DNA from: a virus
Lineage: Duplodnaviria; Caudoviricetes
IMG/VR virus record: IMGVR_UViG_3300018984_000007
Location: 1-52,941 of that record
Length of the DNA stretch: 52,941 bases
Direction: 5' to 3' (one strand)
Shown here: positions 8,901-18,287 of the stretch, in pieces
Layout: each line of letters starts with the position of its first letter
Numbering within the stretch: position 1 is the first letter of the stretch
Position numbers and translations under genes: made by a program
Notes under the pieces: generated by a model
Told to the model about the DNA's origin: nothing
What the model saw: only the letters and a program-made list of their open reading frames with translations
Database searches by the model: none

Positions 8901-11400
8901 CTCCCAGTTCCAGGGTATCCGAGTCGAGTGGGACGGCACCGACCTCAACGGTAACACGATGCCAGCCGACTGGTTCGCGACTGAGGTCCACGTCTCGGAA
9001 GACAACGACTTCCAGCCGTCAATGTACACTCGCGTGGACACGTTCTACTCGCCGTCCGGCGCGGTCAGCTCCGTTCAGGGTCTGGACTTCAACACGACCT
9101 ACTACGTCAAGCTCGTAGCGTATGACGTAAAGTTGAACTCCTCAGACGCCTCAACCCAAACTTCAACCGCCACCATCCAGTTGAGCGATCCTGACCTGCC
9201 GAATAAGCTGATCACGGCGGCGAAGATCGCGGACGGCACCATCACCACGACGCAAATCAACGTCGCGGCGTTCGGTGAGAACATGGTCCCGAACGGCGGG
9301 TTCGAGGACCTGGACTCTAATGGGTTCCCCGCGCACTGGCAAGCCGGTTACACCCAGGGTGGTGGCGGTCCTTCGCAGCTGTCGTCTGACACGGCGAGCA
9401 TTGCTGGTAACCGGGCGATGAAGTCGATTGTTACCGCGACAGACGCAGTAGAGATCGTCCAGACTGACATTCTGTCTTTGGTGCCGGGCGACATTTACTA
9501 CGTTTCGGCGTGGGTGCGCACGTCGGCCACGCTATCGTCGGCCAATCTACTGGTCCGGTTCTGGTCGGCGGAGACGGAGGCGAAGGTCGGCGCCATCTTC
9601 GACTCGCAGTCGGTCATCACCAACATCGGCACCACGACGGCTGGAACCACGGCGGTTAAGGTTGAGGGTCAGGTCGTCGTCCCGGCGTTGCACAAGTACG
9701 GGCGGGTGGCGATTTACCCGCAGATCACCGGAACGGGTTACACCGCGTGGGTCGACGAGGTGCAGGTCCGGCGAGTTGTCGGAACCGCGAACATCGCCAA
9801 CGCGTCGATTAATAACGCTAAAATCGCGTCGCTCGCGGTCGACAACGCACAGATCGCCAACGTTTCGGCGGGTAAGATCACGGTCGGTACCCTCAACGCG
9901 GATATCACGGTTTCGGCCCGAATCAAGACGGCAGATACCGGCAACCGCGTGGAGATGAGCAACTCCGGCATTTACGGGTTCAAGGACTCCGGCGCAAATC
10001 ACAGCTTCAAGCTGCAGACCGATGGGACGTTCTGGGCTTCCGGCACGATCGCCAGCTCGATTATCACCGGTTCAACTGCTTATTTCCCGGATTCCAACGC
10101 TTCCGCACCGGGTTACACGCAGATCTCTGGTGACGGTTTCTACCTCTATAACGCAGGAACGACGAACTTGTTGTCAAATCCTGCGGCTGAGACTTCGGCC
10201 GGTTACGTGGCGTCGTCAGGTGTCACGGTGCAAACCAAGGGTGCGATCGTCCCGGACATTTCGCAGAACCTTGACGCGGTAGCGATGTACGGTAAGACGG
10301 CGCTCAAGATCTACAACACGGGCGGCACCGGTTACGTCGATGTTCCGATCGCAGTCACCCTGTCGGCCAACACGCAGTACTCATACTCGTTCCACGTCGC
10401 CGTGTCTACCGTTCTCGATATCAGTCCTGGAACCTCAGCCGTGGGTTACGCCCGATTCCAGGATATGGGCATCGTTGAGAAGTTCCAGGGCGGCGGGTCC
10501 CGGATGCTCACAACTGGCGTCGACACTAAGATCGTTCTCGACGGCGCGTACATGGGCAAGTACACGTCAGCTAACTCGACAATGCCGAACAACTCCAGCC
10601 ACAACCAGATCGGCGTCCCGGACTGGGTCCACCGTTGGGGCAAAACCTTCACAACCCCCGGTGATGTGTCTGGCACCTCGACCTATTGGCTGCGGTTGCC
10701 AGTCGCACGTACTGTGTTCGACGGTAACGAAGGCACGTTGGCCCTGGTCTACGACGGCATGCAGGTTGAACAGAAGTCGTTTATTACCCGCTACTGCGAC
10801 GGCGACCAGACCGGCTGCTCCTGGAACGGAACGGCACACGCGTCCACTTCAACTCGGCCGGACGGACTGGGCACCATCTGGTTCCCCTCATACGGTGAGC
10901 CGATCATCAAGGGTCGGATCCGGGCACCTGACATCGTGGTCACCAACTCGTTCAAGCAGGGCTCTGGCGCAGCTGCTGGAACCAATTACATCGAGTACAC
11001 CCGTTCATCGACACTGTCAGTACCGAACGCGACCTGGACGCTTTTTACACCGGATACCGTTATCACAACCCGAACCGTAGCGGACGACGGAACGATCGTG
11101 TCAGGCGCGAACCACGTGTCGCAAGTCAACGGTCTATACGCATTGATGACTCAAGTCGTGTTTACATCGTCGGCTGGTCCGTTCCGTGCCGCAAGGTGGC
11201 TCACTCAGGGCAGTTCGCTGATCTGCCTTGGGACCACCGACCCAGGGTTCAACATGGCTCAAGTATCCGGGTTCGTAACTTTACCTGGCGCTGGTTATTT
11301 TGTCGTTACCCACATTTACCAGGGATCTGGCGGCGCACTCACCACCTTCGCACACGCCAACGCCAACCCGGCGAAGACCGTGTTCGCGCTGCTCAAGTAG
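5902..11400 (+). CDS. Large multidomain tail tip/receptor-binding protein (hub, FN3-like, CBM-like and beta-propeller domains)
   Basis: 1832 aa; N-terminal hub-like region; FN3-like VRAVDNSGNASGW and DTTPPPAP; CBM-like starts NMVPNGGFE and NLLSNPAAE; ITAAKIADG-type repeats. Confidence 0.85.
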   Translation: MSLSFRILNLDTAAYIGDVIDFTSVKASFEYSGVGALNIEQPLTGRFANLLTTDVEVVAYWNNTEIRNGRWVVRGKQGETVDDSGGRVGLGGLSWADVLRKVVVYADTTFTAQTPGAIIRTLLQTATTRGAFGAANTTTSTFSNTLDSKGVAWANSLTITYQAGATYRQILESLADRGLIDFEFAGRDLMMYNGTTMGTTKDVVLAAGRHVKETPFKESTENKVNYVLVEGDNGLLTERFVSGPRREESFQSQSGIKDAGTLAVLGDSYLTSASITKSQRTTKIASASLVQPFQDFNVGDSIIYDDGSGPQTMRVRQITVEIDNDGRMETSLILNDRILEDEIVRAKTLTALAGGVTSGTVGAPETDVVTDTTIPKAPASATASSSAYVDQTNGRSYAQATVTWPAVTQNTDNTAIDDLHAYEVKYRTDTATPATTPTSLAPATRYDTLTARFDRRGKTYGWTTGIMHGSCRAGGRDWFDFADTRIGTANALGVFTTTAHLVRNSMVLLDPTNNASWDARWGKANMLTANDASLEAAIGTWRADSNCSVSRITSTAKHGTASLQVTVTAAGDAVATTGLGSASGWYAVTAATQYTVHAYARETSGTAKNYTVGIRWWNASGTLISTTESSSMAGTQSGSGAHRRLAATFTSPALAVRAAIVVRVVAGTLSQTHSIDCAGLYLGDNMMSSWSLPGTGSHVALITPEEVNLATSNYLRAETMWTSGGKVYAMYSLWPAATSIYIARWDATTFAFEWFAAFRTSETVVWGRTSWENATYSYIYGSTTAAPTSMFLMRVPVGNPLGTQEFWTGAAWSVTRASAAAVSSLNKGLSSLTQIGASYWGITISANNQIRLYTSAALESGWSEVGLVAYMSEVNGTTVVASDAKIHRQFDSADGIVMSYSADGTINGLQKTRYMVPKFLRGPKGSVTAPTPITPSSATITIEAGTLVAYVSGLQVNGNFVASVRAVDNSGNASGWTDSNVIRLADDTTPPPAPSMPQVASQFQGIRVEWDGTDLNGNTMPADWFATEVHVSEDNDFQPSMYTRVDTFYSPSGAVSSVQGLDFNTTYYVKLVAYDVKLNSSDASTQTSTATIQLSDPDLPNKLITAAKIADGTITTTQINVAAFGENMVPNGGFEDLDSNGFPAHWQAGYTQGGGGPSQLSSDTASIAGNRAMKSIVTATDAVEIVQTDILSLVPGDIYYVSAWVRTSATLSSANLLVRFWSAETEAKVGAIFDSQSVITNIGTTTAGTTAVKVEGQVVVPALHKYGRVAIYPQITGTGYTAWVDEVQVRRVVGTANIANASINNAKIASLAVDNAQIANVSAGKITVGTLNADITVSARIKTADTGNRVEMSNSGIYGFKDSGANHSFKLQTDGTFWASGTIASSIITGSTAYFPDSNASAPGYTQISGDGFYLYNAGTTNLLSNPAAETSAGYVASSGVTVQTKGAIVPDISQNLDAVAMYGKTALKIYNTGGTGYVDVPIAVTLSANTQYSYSFHVAVSTVLDISPGTSAVGYARFQDMGIVEKFQGGGSRMLTTGVDTKIVLDGAYMGKYTSANSTMPNNSSHNQIGVPDWVHRWGKTFTTPGDVSGTSTYWLRLPVARTVFDGNEGTLALVYDGMQVEQKSFITRYCDGDQTGCSWNGTAHASTSTRPDGLGTIWFPSYGEPIIKGRIRAPDIVVTNSFKQGSGAAAGTNYIEYTRSSTLSVPNATWTLFTPDTVITTRTVADDGTIVSGANHVSQVNGLYALMTQVVFTSSAGPFRAARWLTQGSSLICLGTTDPGFNMAQVSGFVTLPGAGYFVVTHIYQGSGGALTTFAHANANPAKTVFALLK

Positions 11401-11408
11401 GAGACGAC

Positions 11409-11912
11409 ATGCCGATCGAGAAGGCGAATAAGCACCCCGACAGGTGGGCTCGCTTCGAATGGAAGCAGCCGGGGGGTGGTGGCGGTCCGCGAGGTTTGGA
11501 CGACGAGCCCGCAGCGCTCAACCTTGGAAAACCGCCACGGTGCAGGGCGAGCGGCCAGTTCGAGCGGTACTTCCCGACCGATCCGAGGGTTGCTGTTGGG
11601 GCGTGTGCTCACACACAGATTCTCGACATAGACTTCCCAGCGGGAATCGTTAGGTGTTTGGATTGTGGCTACGCACTCCAGGTGAAGCGGGACTGGTTGC
11701 CTGTTCTCCCGCATGATATATTGTCGGATGCGCAGCTGTTAACGGCCCGAATCGTTTTCAACGACGTGCATTTCGACAAGACATATAAGTTCACGGCTCA
11801 GCACGACGACGACCCCGAGAAGGAACTGCAAGTCCGACGCGACCTCGCGGCACGAGGAATCGAGAGGATCACCCCCGACAATGTCCGTAAACTCACCGGA
11901 ACAACAGACTGA
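11409..11912 (+). CDS. Hypothetical protein (CxH...CxxC, possible Zn site)
   Basis: AGGAG RBS and ATG at 11409; 167 aa. Confidence 0.6.
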   Translation: MPIEKANKHPDRWARFEWKQPGGGGGPRGLDDEPAALNLGKPPRCRASGQFERYFPTDPRVAVGACAHTQILDIDFPAGIVRCLDCGYALQVKRDWLPVLPHDILSDAQLLTARIVFNDVHFDKTYKFTAQHDDDPEKELQVRRDLAARGIERITPDNVRKLTGTTD

Positions 11913-12123
11913 ACTGGATGCGCAGACTGTAATCGAGGTCTTGCGCGATAAACTCCAGGCTTCCGAATGGCGTAATGTCGTCCTGGAGACACAACTACGT
12001 GAACTGGGTACTCGACTCCAGGCAACCGCCAGTGATAAAATGGAGATAAGGCGGTTGCAGCTTCGAGTCGAAGAACTCGAACTCGGCGCTGCTGCCGAAC
12101 CGATCACAACCCAGGAGCCGTGA
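11881..12123 (+). CDS. Small coiled-coil protein
   Basis: Heptad Leu/Glu pattern; coupled to endolysin start. Confidence 0.55.
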   Translation: MSVNSPEQQTELDAQTVIEVLRDKLQASEWRNVVLETQLRELGTRLQATASDKMEIRRLQLRVEELELGAAAEPITTQEP

Positions 12124-12938
12124 TGCAGCAGATCATGCCGGGTGCGCAGTGGCGCCCCCTCAGTGACATCAACACCGAACCTCTCATCAAGCCGCGTCTC
12201 TTGATCACTCACACGATGGTGGGTGGTCTTCTCGGAACTGAGCGTTGGTTCAAGGCGGGCAACGGCACAGGATATGGCGGACCGGAGTCTACGTTCGGGG
12301 TTGGAGGCCGATACGACGGCATCAACGACGGCGTGATCTTCCAGTGGCAGCTGCTCAACCGACAGGCTGACGCGCAGACCGGTGGCAACGCGTGGGCCAC
12401 CTCGATCGAGATGAGCGACGGCACACACCCGACCGAACCGTTTTCGACGAAGCAGCTCGAAGCCCTGGTCGACATTCACGTCTGGTGGTGCAAGCAGACC
12501 GGTCACACCCCCAGCGTCGCCACTGCTTACAATGGGTCTGGTTTCGGTTACCACCGGCAGTTTTCGCAGTGGAACCCGAGCGGGAAGTCCTGCCCTGGCA
12601 ACGCGCGAATTCTCCAGCTCAAGACCTACGTTTGGCCCGAAGCCAAACGTCGCATCACAGGATCGGTTCCTCCGGCGCCGGGTCCGGTGTTCCCCAAGTT
12701 CCCGCTTCCGGCTGGTGAGTATTACGGTCCGGAAGGTAAGTACCCGAGTGCGGGACTGGCGCAGTGGCAGCGTCAGATGAAGTTCCGTGGTTGGACGATC
12801 AGCATCGACGGGTTCTACGGCTCCCAGACCCGGACCGTAGCCCTCGCGTTCCAACAGCAGAAGGGACTGGCCCGCGATGGGCTCATTGGGAGAACGACTT
12901 GGGACGCGGCCTGGCGCACCACCATCACCAGTGCGTAG
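12120..12938 (+). CDS. Endolysin: N-acetylmuramoyl-L-alanine amidase with C-terminal peptidoglycan-binding domain
   Basis: ITHT...SIE...GYHRQF..KSCPG amidase_2 pattern; IDGFYGSQT...FQQQKGLARDGLIGRTTW PG_binding_1 pattern. Confidence 0.9.
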   Translation: MMQQIMPGAQWRPLSDINTEPLIKPRLLITHTMVGGLLGTERWFKAGNGTGYGGPESTFGVGGRYDGINDGVIFQWQLLNRQADAQTGGNAWATSIEMSDGTHPTEPFSTKQLEALVDIHVWWCKQTGHTPSVATAYNGSGFGYHRQFSQWNPSGKSCPGNARILQLKTYVWPEAKRRITGSVPPAPGPVFPKFPLPAGEYYGPEGKYPSAGLAQWQRQMKFRGWTISIDGFYGSQTRTVALAFQQQKGLARDGLIGRTTWDAAWRTTITSA

Positions 12939-12985
12939 TGTTCCACGCTCCCCCCGAACCACCATACCCGAGGGGGTAGCTGTCC

Positions 12986-13189
12986 GTGGCCCGCAAACGA
13001 CGCATCCGCTTGCGGATTACCCGCGACCTGGTAACTTTCTCTACCGGTTTGGCTGGTATCGTTCACGAGACGTTCCTAGCCTCAGCCGATCGGCCTTACC
13101 TCCTAGTTTTGTTCGGGACTATGATTGGGCTCCCCGCTTTCGCGCGAATGGGAGACAAGAAGGCCGACGAGGAAGTGAAGCAGCCGTGA
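12986..13189 (+). CDS. Small membrane protein (lysis cassette)
   Basis: Two hydrophobic segments; downstream of endolysin. Confidence 0.6.
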   Translation: MARKRRIRLRITRDLVTFSTGLAGIVHETFLASADRPYLLVLFGTMIGLPAFARMGDKKADEEVKQP

Positions 13190-13274
13190 TGCGGCTCATA
13201 CGAGCATACACGGCAGCCGAACTTTACGTCCTGACGGGTTCCCTGACTACGTTCCTTGTTTGGTGGGCAGATAA

Positions 13275-13667
13275 ATGAAGAATGTGGTTCACTTCGTCAG
13301 GGACCGTGGTTTCGTTCTCGGGATATTCGGCTTGATCGGATTGATTGCTCTAATCATCGCGATCCAGCAGAACACCAACACCAACGCACAGCTTCTGGAA
13401 ATTGCCAGGGGCAACCGGGCAATCAACCTCCAAAACGCTCAGATCCTGAAAGAGGTTCAGAGCTGCACTGACCCAAAGGGTGCATGTGCCCAACGGGGTC
13501 GCCAGCAATCCGGTCAGGCGGTTGAAACCATTAACCGCATCTCAGTGTACGCGGCGTTCTGCGCGAACCGGCAAATGCCGCCGGTTACGGTCAAGGACGT
13601 CGAGAGTTGCGTCAAGGAGCAGCTCGAAAAGAATCCCTCGACCCCCGGACAGGAGCAATCCCCGTGA
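13275..13667 (+). CDS. Membrane-anchored protein (lysis cassette)
   Basis: One N-terminal TM helix, then coiled coil with 4 Cys. Confidence 0.65.
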   Translation: MKNVVHFVRDRGFVLGIFGLIGLIALIIAIQQNTNTNAQLLEIARGNRAINLQNAQILKEVQSCTDPKGACAQRGRQQSGQAVETINRISVYAAFCANRQMPPVTVKDVESCVKEQLEKNPSTPGQEQSP

Positions 13668-13954
13668 GCACCTACGGCAACGACGGCGCGGTTCGTCGCC
13701 CCGACTTCACCACCAAGACGTTCTGGGTCAACACCATGGAGCGTGTCGTCCGGACCGGTGTCCAGGCTGCGCTGGCGCTGGGCATCACCGACGCAACCAC
13801 CGCGCTTTCCCTGGACCTGAACCAGGGTGCAATCGCGGTCGGCCTGGCGATGCTGGGTGCGCTCCTGACCGCGCTCGCTGGTAAGGCGGTCGGGGACAGC
13901 GACAGCCCGTCGTTCGTCCTCGCCGCACCCCCGAAGGCAAGCGACACCGTCTGA
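13664..13954 (+). CDS. Holin (r1t-like)
   Basis: TKTFWVNTMERVVRTGVQA motif; two TM segments; C-terminal SPSF. Confidence 0.8.
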   Translation: MSTYGNDGAVRRPDFTTKTFWVNTMERVVRTGVQAALALGITDATTALSLDLNQGAIAVGLAMLGALLTALAGKAVGDSDSPSFVLAAPPKASDTV

Positions 13955-13967
13955 TCCAGAACCGCTA

Positions 13968-13996
13968 TTGCGCTACCAAGTGGGCCATGATAGTAT
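13968..13996 (+). promoter_or_regulatory. SigA-type promoter TTGCGC-N17-TAGTAT
   Basis: Matches the genome-wide promoter family; TGn extension before -10. Confidence 0.6.
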
Positions 13997-14226
13997 GGTC
14001 CTATGCAGTGGGTCGTCGGTCCACGCATGGTGAGCCTTGGCGGGAGCACCGGGCCGGGACCTCTCTTCGGAGGGGTTCCGGCCCACCTGTATTTAAACAG
14101 CCGTCAGCCCCATCCCGTCAAGGCCGTGGAAACCGAGGAATGGGGCCGAGGCGCGGCCCCCAGGATGGACCGCGCCGCCAGTTTACGCTACACGTTAAAG
14201 CACTGTCAACCCAGGAGACTCCCGCC

Positions 14227-15627
14227 ATGCTGCCCTTGATGCAACATCAGAAAGACGACGTGGATTGGATCTGGAGGTGCGGTCGCGGCTTGCTTGGAAA
14301 CGAGCCCGGGTTGGGCAAAAGCCGCTCCGCTATCGAGGCCACCAAGGGGATGGAAACGCTTGTAATTGCGCCTTCAATGGTGTTGGTCGGGGGAACCTGG
14401 AAAGACGAGATCGCAAAGTGGGCCGAAGACCCGGATAAGTACACGACAGTTGCGTATACATCGTTGAACGCGCGAGTGAAGACGGGCGGCAAGGACGGCA
14501 AGAACCTGTCCGCCACCAAGCCCACCGGCAAGGTTCGACCCGGACTTGAAGGTCCGTGGGAAGCAATTATCGTCGACGAGTCGCACTACATGAAGGGGCG
14601 CGAAACGAGCTGGACCGCTGTGATCCAACGACTGGCAGCTAAATCTGACCTGGTTTTGTCGATGACCGGCACCCCCGTGCCGAACTGGTCAAGTGAGCTA
14701 TTTACTACACTTCAGTTAATTAATCCAGAAGAGGCTACACCCGGCAAAAAGTACGGTTCGTTCTGGCGCTGGGCCGACGAATGGTTTGAGTCGTCGATCT
14801 CTCCCTATGGTGAAAACGTCAAGGTGATCGACGGAATGAGAGGTTGCACGCCAAAGTGTAAGGCTCGCGCCGCAACCGATCCGTGCGAACATTACCAGCA
14901 CTTTACTTCAGTTAACCTTGGCGTCAACTACCGGCGCGTGTACCGCCACCATGTGTTGGACCTGCCTGAGAAGACTGAAACCAAGGTCTTCACGCCAATG
15001 GAACCATACACCCGCAAGCTATACAACCAGCTCAAGACCAACTTCGCTGCCTCGCATGAAGGAACCGACCTACTGGTGTGGAACCAGGGTGCACTGAATG
15101 TGATGTTGGACAAGTGCACGGTGTCCTCATGGTTCATGGCCAAGAACGGCAAGCCACGTGGCGGTAAACTGGAGCAGCTAAGGCTCGATCTATCTGGACG
15201 GTCACGGGCGACGCTCGTGCTGGCGCACCATAGAGACGTGGTCGAGGCATGCTCCGCTGTCGCGGAGAGTGTCGGGCTGCGTTCCGCGTACGTGCATGGG
15301 GGCACCAGCACCCAGCACAAGGCTCTGGCGATTAAAGCGTTCAAAGAGGGACGGCTCGACGTATTGTGTGGGTCGCTTGACTCCGTGGCCGAGGGAATGA
15401 CCCTAACGGTCGCGGACATGGCGATCTTCGTCGAGTCAAGCTGGAAGCGGTATCGCAACGAACAGGCACTTTACCGCATCTGGCGTCTCGGGCAGGAGTG
15501 GCCGGTCACGATCCGCCACTACATCACGCCGAATTCGGTGGACGAGAAGAAGCGAGCGATCGTCGCGTTAAAGGAGATGGACGCGATCAAGACCATGACG
15601 GCGGCCGAATACACCGCTCTCCTGTAG
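14227..15627 (+). CDS. SNF2-like DNA helicase (SF2)
   Basis: EPGLGKS, IIVDESH, MTGTP, EGMTLT, EQALYRIWRLGQ; AGGAG RBS before ATG 14227. Confidence 0.9.
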   Translation: MLPLMQHQKDDVDWIWRCGRGLLGNEPGLGKSRSAIEATKGMETLVIAPSMVLVGGTWKDEIAKWAEDPDKYTTVAYTSLNARVKTGGKDGKNLSATKPTGKVRPGLEGPWEAIIVDESHYMKGRETSWTAVIQRLAAKSDLVLSMTGTPVPNWSSELFTTLQLINPEEATPGKKYGSFWRWADEWFESSISPYGENVKVIDGMRGCTPKCKARAATDPCEHYQHFTSVNLGVNYRRVYRHHVLDLPEKTETKVFTPMEPYTRKLYNQLKTNFAASHEGTDLLVWNQGALNVMLDKCTVSSWFMAKNGKPRGGKLEQLRLDLSGRSRATLVLAHHRDVVEACSAVAESVGLRSAYVHGGTSTQHKALAIKAFKEGRLDVLCGSLDSVAEGMTLTVADMAIFVESSWKRYRNEQALYRIWRLGQEWPVTIRHYITPNSVDEKKRAIVALKEMDAIKTMTAAEYTALL

Positions 15628-15630
15628 GAC

Positions 15631-15659
15631 TTGTGTCATAGAGCCGCCCATGGTAGGAT
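15631..15659 (+). promoter_or_regulatory. Promoter TTGTGT-N17-TAGGAT; probable leaderless transcript
   Basis: ATG at 15666 lies 7 nt after the -10 box with no RBS. Confidence 0.65.
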
Positions 15660-15665
15660 AGTCCT

Positions 15666-15941
15666 ATGACACCAGATACGCGGGTGTTCCCCGCCACTCA
15701 CCAGACCGCGCATTACCTGGAGGCATCGTCTAGGCAGTTCACCCGGATGTACCTCACGGAGGCAGACGGGGTGAAGTTTGATCCGGCGCTGCAGATCAGC
15801 GAGGTTCGGCCCCAAGACCCGGACAGCGGCAACGGAATCGAGCTGCTCGTCGTGTCCCCCAGCAACTGGATCATGGGCATTGGTATCCCGGAGCTGGGTT
15901 TGGGCCAGAAGCCGATCAACATAACGGTGAAGTTCCTGTGA
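15666..15941 (+). CDS. Hypothetical protein
   Basis: 91-aa ORF directly after promoter. Confidence 0.65.
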   Translation: MTPDTRVFPATHQTAHYLEASSRQFTRMYLTEADGVKFDPALQISEVRPQDPDSGNGIELLVVSPSNWIMGIGIPELGLGQKPINITVKFL

Positions 15942-16090
15942 GGACCGTCCAGATCGAGATAACCTTCGCAAATGAAATCAACTACGACACCGTGGAAGCA
16001 CTGCTGGACGGACTGGACACGCTGGAAGGGGTCAAGCTCGTTACCGGACGACTCATCCACGATGCGGTCATTCGCGCTACCGGCGAGTGA
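15938..16090 (+). CDS. Small hypothetical protein (50 aa)
   Basis: GTGA overlap with upstream stop; read manually. Confidence 0.5.
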   Translation: MRTVQIEITFANEINYDTVEALLDGLDTLEGVKLVTGRLIHDAVIRATGE

Positions 16091-16091
16091 C

Positions 16092-16121
16092 TTGTGCCAC
16101 ACCCGGCGCATATGATAGTGT
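16092..16121 (+). promoter_or_regulatory. Promoter TTGTGC-N18-TAGTGT, overlapped by CRP-like box AGTGA-N6-CCACA (16086-16101)
   Basis: Direct motif match. Confidence 0.5.
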
Positions 16122-16153
16122 AGGTCCCTCGAAACCCAGGAGAAGCACCCGCC

Positions 16154-16840
16154 ATGACCGCCACCCGCACAAAGGTCGGAATCCTTATCTGTGGGTTCTG
16201 CTCAACCAGGAACTGCGAGCATTGCCCAAGGGCCATTCGCCACGAGTCAGGCAAGATCTGGCGTTGCGAGTGCACCCGGCCCTACTGCGGTGGTCAGGTC
16301 ATGCGTTGCCTCGACTGCAAGAACGAAACTGACGGCGAGATTGCTGTTGACTGGCGCTGCATCGACCAGGAAGCGTGCGAACTTGCGGTCAAGAAGCGAC
16401 TGGACGCCAACCCGACGATCCAGATGATCCGTGAATTGGAGATCAGAGTGAGCGAGAACACCGCGACCGAGGCCAAGGTCAAGCGCGAGAAGGCTCCCAA
16501 GGAGCCGACCAACTGCATCCACTGCGGCGAGCCGACCAAGGGTGGCAAGTTCCTTCCCGGCCACGACGCGCGGATGGTGGCGGAGCTGATCCGCAAGGCC
16601 GTCGACGACAAGAGCCTGACCCAGGCGCAGGCTCGCGCGCAGCTCACCGACGGCGGTGCCTCCGAGACGCTGGTCGCCAAGTTCGACAAGGCGTACGAGC
16701 GGAACATGGAGCAGGCCACGAAGAAGGCCGAGCAGGCCGCCGCCAAGGCTGCCGCTCCGGCCGAGGCCGAGGCCACCCCGAAGGCCGCCAAGTCCGGCAA
16801 GCCCGGTCCGAAGGCCGTCGCGGAGCTGGTCAACCCGTAA
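16154..16840 (+). CDS. Cys-rich Zn-binding protein with CxxC...PGHDAR motif and Ala/Lys-rich tail
   Basis: CGFC/CEHC/CLDC clusters; CIHCGEPTKGGKFLPGHDAR. Confidence 0.75.
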   Translation: MTATRTKVGILICGFCSTRNCEHCPRAIRHESGKIWRCECTRPYCGGQVMRCLDCKNETDGEIAVDWRCIDQEACELAVKKRLDANPTIQMIRELEIRVSENTATEAKVKREKAPKEPTNCIHCGEPTKGGKFLPGHDARMVAELIRKAVDDKSLTQAQARAQLTDGGASETLVAKFDKAYERNMEQATKKAEQAAAKAAAPAEAEATPKAAKSGKPGPKAVAELVNP

Positions 16841-17041
16841 CACCCCCCCATCACCCCGAGGACACGGAAAGCACCCTGCGGTGTCGGGGGTGATTTTTCA
16901 CCTTGCAATGTCGGGGGTGGTTCCTTGGGGGAGGCGGCGGTTCTGGCGAGAGCGCAGTCACAACCGTCGCCGCAAATGAGGTCGGTAGCCCAGAGATGGG
17001 CTGCCGACCTCATCTGTTCCCGAACTATTTAAGGAGAGAAG

Positions 17042-17488
17042 ATGGACCTCCCGGAATATAATGCAGATCTACACAACCAAAAGTGCTTCTACTTCGGCAT
17101 CCCGGTGTTTGAACACCCGGACATCGACCCCGGCGACGCGCTGGTGGTGCGGGTCCCGATCCCCGAGTACGACAACGCGATCCGATTTAAGATCCTGGTC
17201 CGCTCGATCCGCGAGTTCGAGAATCAGATCTGGATTGACCGCGCCGTCCGCGAGGCAGTCGAGTCGAACATGGGAGACGTGCTTAAGTGGCTCAACGGCG
17301 GCAAGCGGCCAAGGTACCGGCTGACCAACTCGACCTCTTCGCGGATCTCGAAGCAGCTGTCGTCCTCCGAGGCGGCGGTCCTGGCGAGCAAGAGCTTTGC
17401 CAGTGCTATGATACAAGCGTCCGAGGCGGTGGCTGGACTTTCGACCAAGTTTCGCGCTATTGGGTCCATGGTGACCCAGCATGCCTGA
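17042..17488 (+). CDS. Hypothetical protein
   Basis: AAGGAG RBS; 148 aa. Confidence 0.65.
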   Translation: MDLPEYNADLHNQKCFYFGIPVFEHPDIDPGDALVVRVPIPEYDNAIRFKILVRSIREFENQIWIDRAVREAVESNMGDVLKWLNGGKRPRYRLTNSTSSRISKQLSSSEAAVLASKSFASAMIQASEAVAGLSTKFRAIGSMVTQHA

Positions 17489-17666
17489 AACCTCGTCATC
17501 TGATAAGGCAAAGTATATCCGGTTGACGCAAGGATCAAGCATCCTGTGTCAGAAGTGCAAAGTCGATCTGGTGATGAAGGTCTGCCAGGTCTGTACTGCG
17601 AGAACCTGTCCTAAGTGCTGGTGTCCCTGCGCAGTTGTGGCTCTTGACCACGATCTGCTGGAATAG
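17481..17666 (+). CDS. Small Cys-rich (Zn-ribbon) protein
   Basis: CQKC, CQVC, CPKC motifs; fills the gap between neighbours. Confidence 0.5.
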   Translation: MPETSSSDKAKYIRLTQGSSILCQKCKVDLVMKVCQVCTARTCPKCWCPCAVVALDHDLLE

Positions 17667-17669
17667 GGT

Positions 17670-18287
17670 ATGACGGCACTCATATCCGTCGACCCTGGCG
17701 ACGTTCACGTAGGCGTTGCCTTCTTCGACGAAGACCCCAACTCCCCTCACGGTTGGGTCTGCACCGGCACCCAGGAGATGACGCCGGACGAGTTCGCTGA
17801 TTCGCTCGCTGACACCTTCCTCGACCAGGATGAGGGGTGGCGGTTCTTGATCTACGAGAAGTTCCGCCTCTACGCGGATAAAGCGAAGCAGCAGACCGGC
17901 TCCGAATTCCCCACCGCGAAGCTGATCGGGGTCATCGAGTGGCTGGGCCGCAAGCACAATGAACACGCCGAACAGCACCGGCTGGCGGAGCGGCTGGGCA
18001 AGCTCACCACCTGTGAGGTGGGTGGCGGTTTTTGTTCGGCCGACCGCGCCGAGGGCAAGCGGATCGTGAACGAAGTTCGCCTGGTGAAGCAGCCTGCCGA
18101 TATCAAGAAGCCAACCATCGGCATCCTGCGACACCTGAACATCAAGTCGGTCGCTAAAGCAGAGGGCGACAAGCTCGGCCACCGGGTGGATGCCGAACTT
18201 CACGGGTGGCACTTCCTATTACGCACGCTCGCAAAGGAGCAGCAGTGCGAAACCCCTACGCTTTCATCTGCCTCATCTCAATCCTGA
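17670..18287 (+). CDS. RuvC-like Holliday junction resolvase
   Basis: ISVDPG..VGVA, IYEKF, HRVDA RNase H-fold acidic residues. Confidence 0.7.
   Translation: MTALISVDPGDVHVGVAFFDEDPNSPHGWVCTGTQEMTPDEFADSLADTFLDQDEGWRFLIYEKFRLYADKAKQQTGSEFPTAKLIGVIEWLGRKHNEHAEQHRLAERLGKLTTCEVGGGFCSADRAEGKRIVNEVRLVKQPADIKKPTIGILRHLNIKSVAKAEGDKLGHRVDAELHGWHFLLRTLAKEQQCETPTLSSASSQS

Noticed and set aside
11739-12965. 408-aa minus-strand ORF and similar long antisense ORFs (49444-50436, 51930-52856)
   Set aside because: Each overlaps well-supported + strand genes
13987-14226. 80-aa N-terminal extension of the helicase
   Set aside because: Start lies inside the predicted promoter; good RBS before ATG 14227
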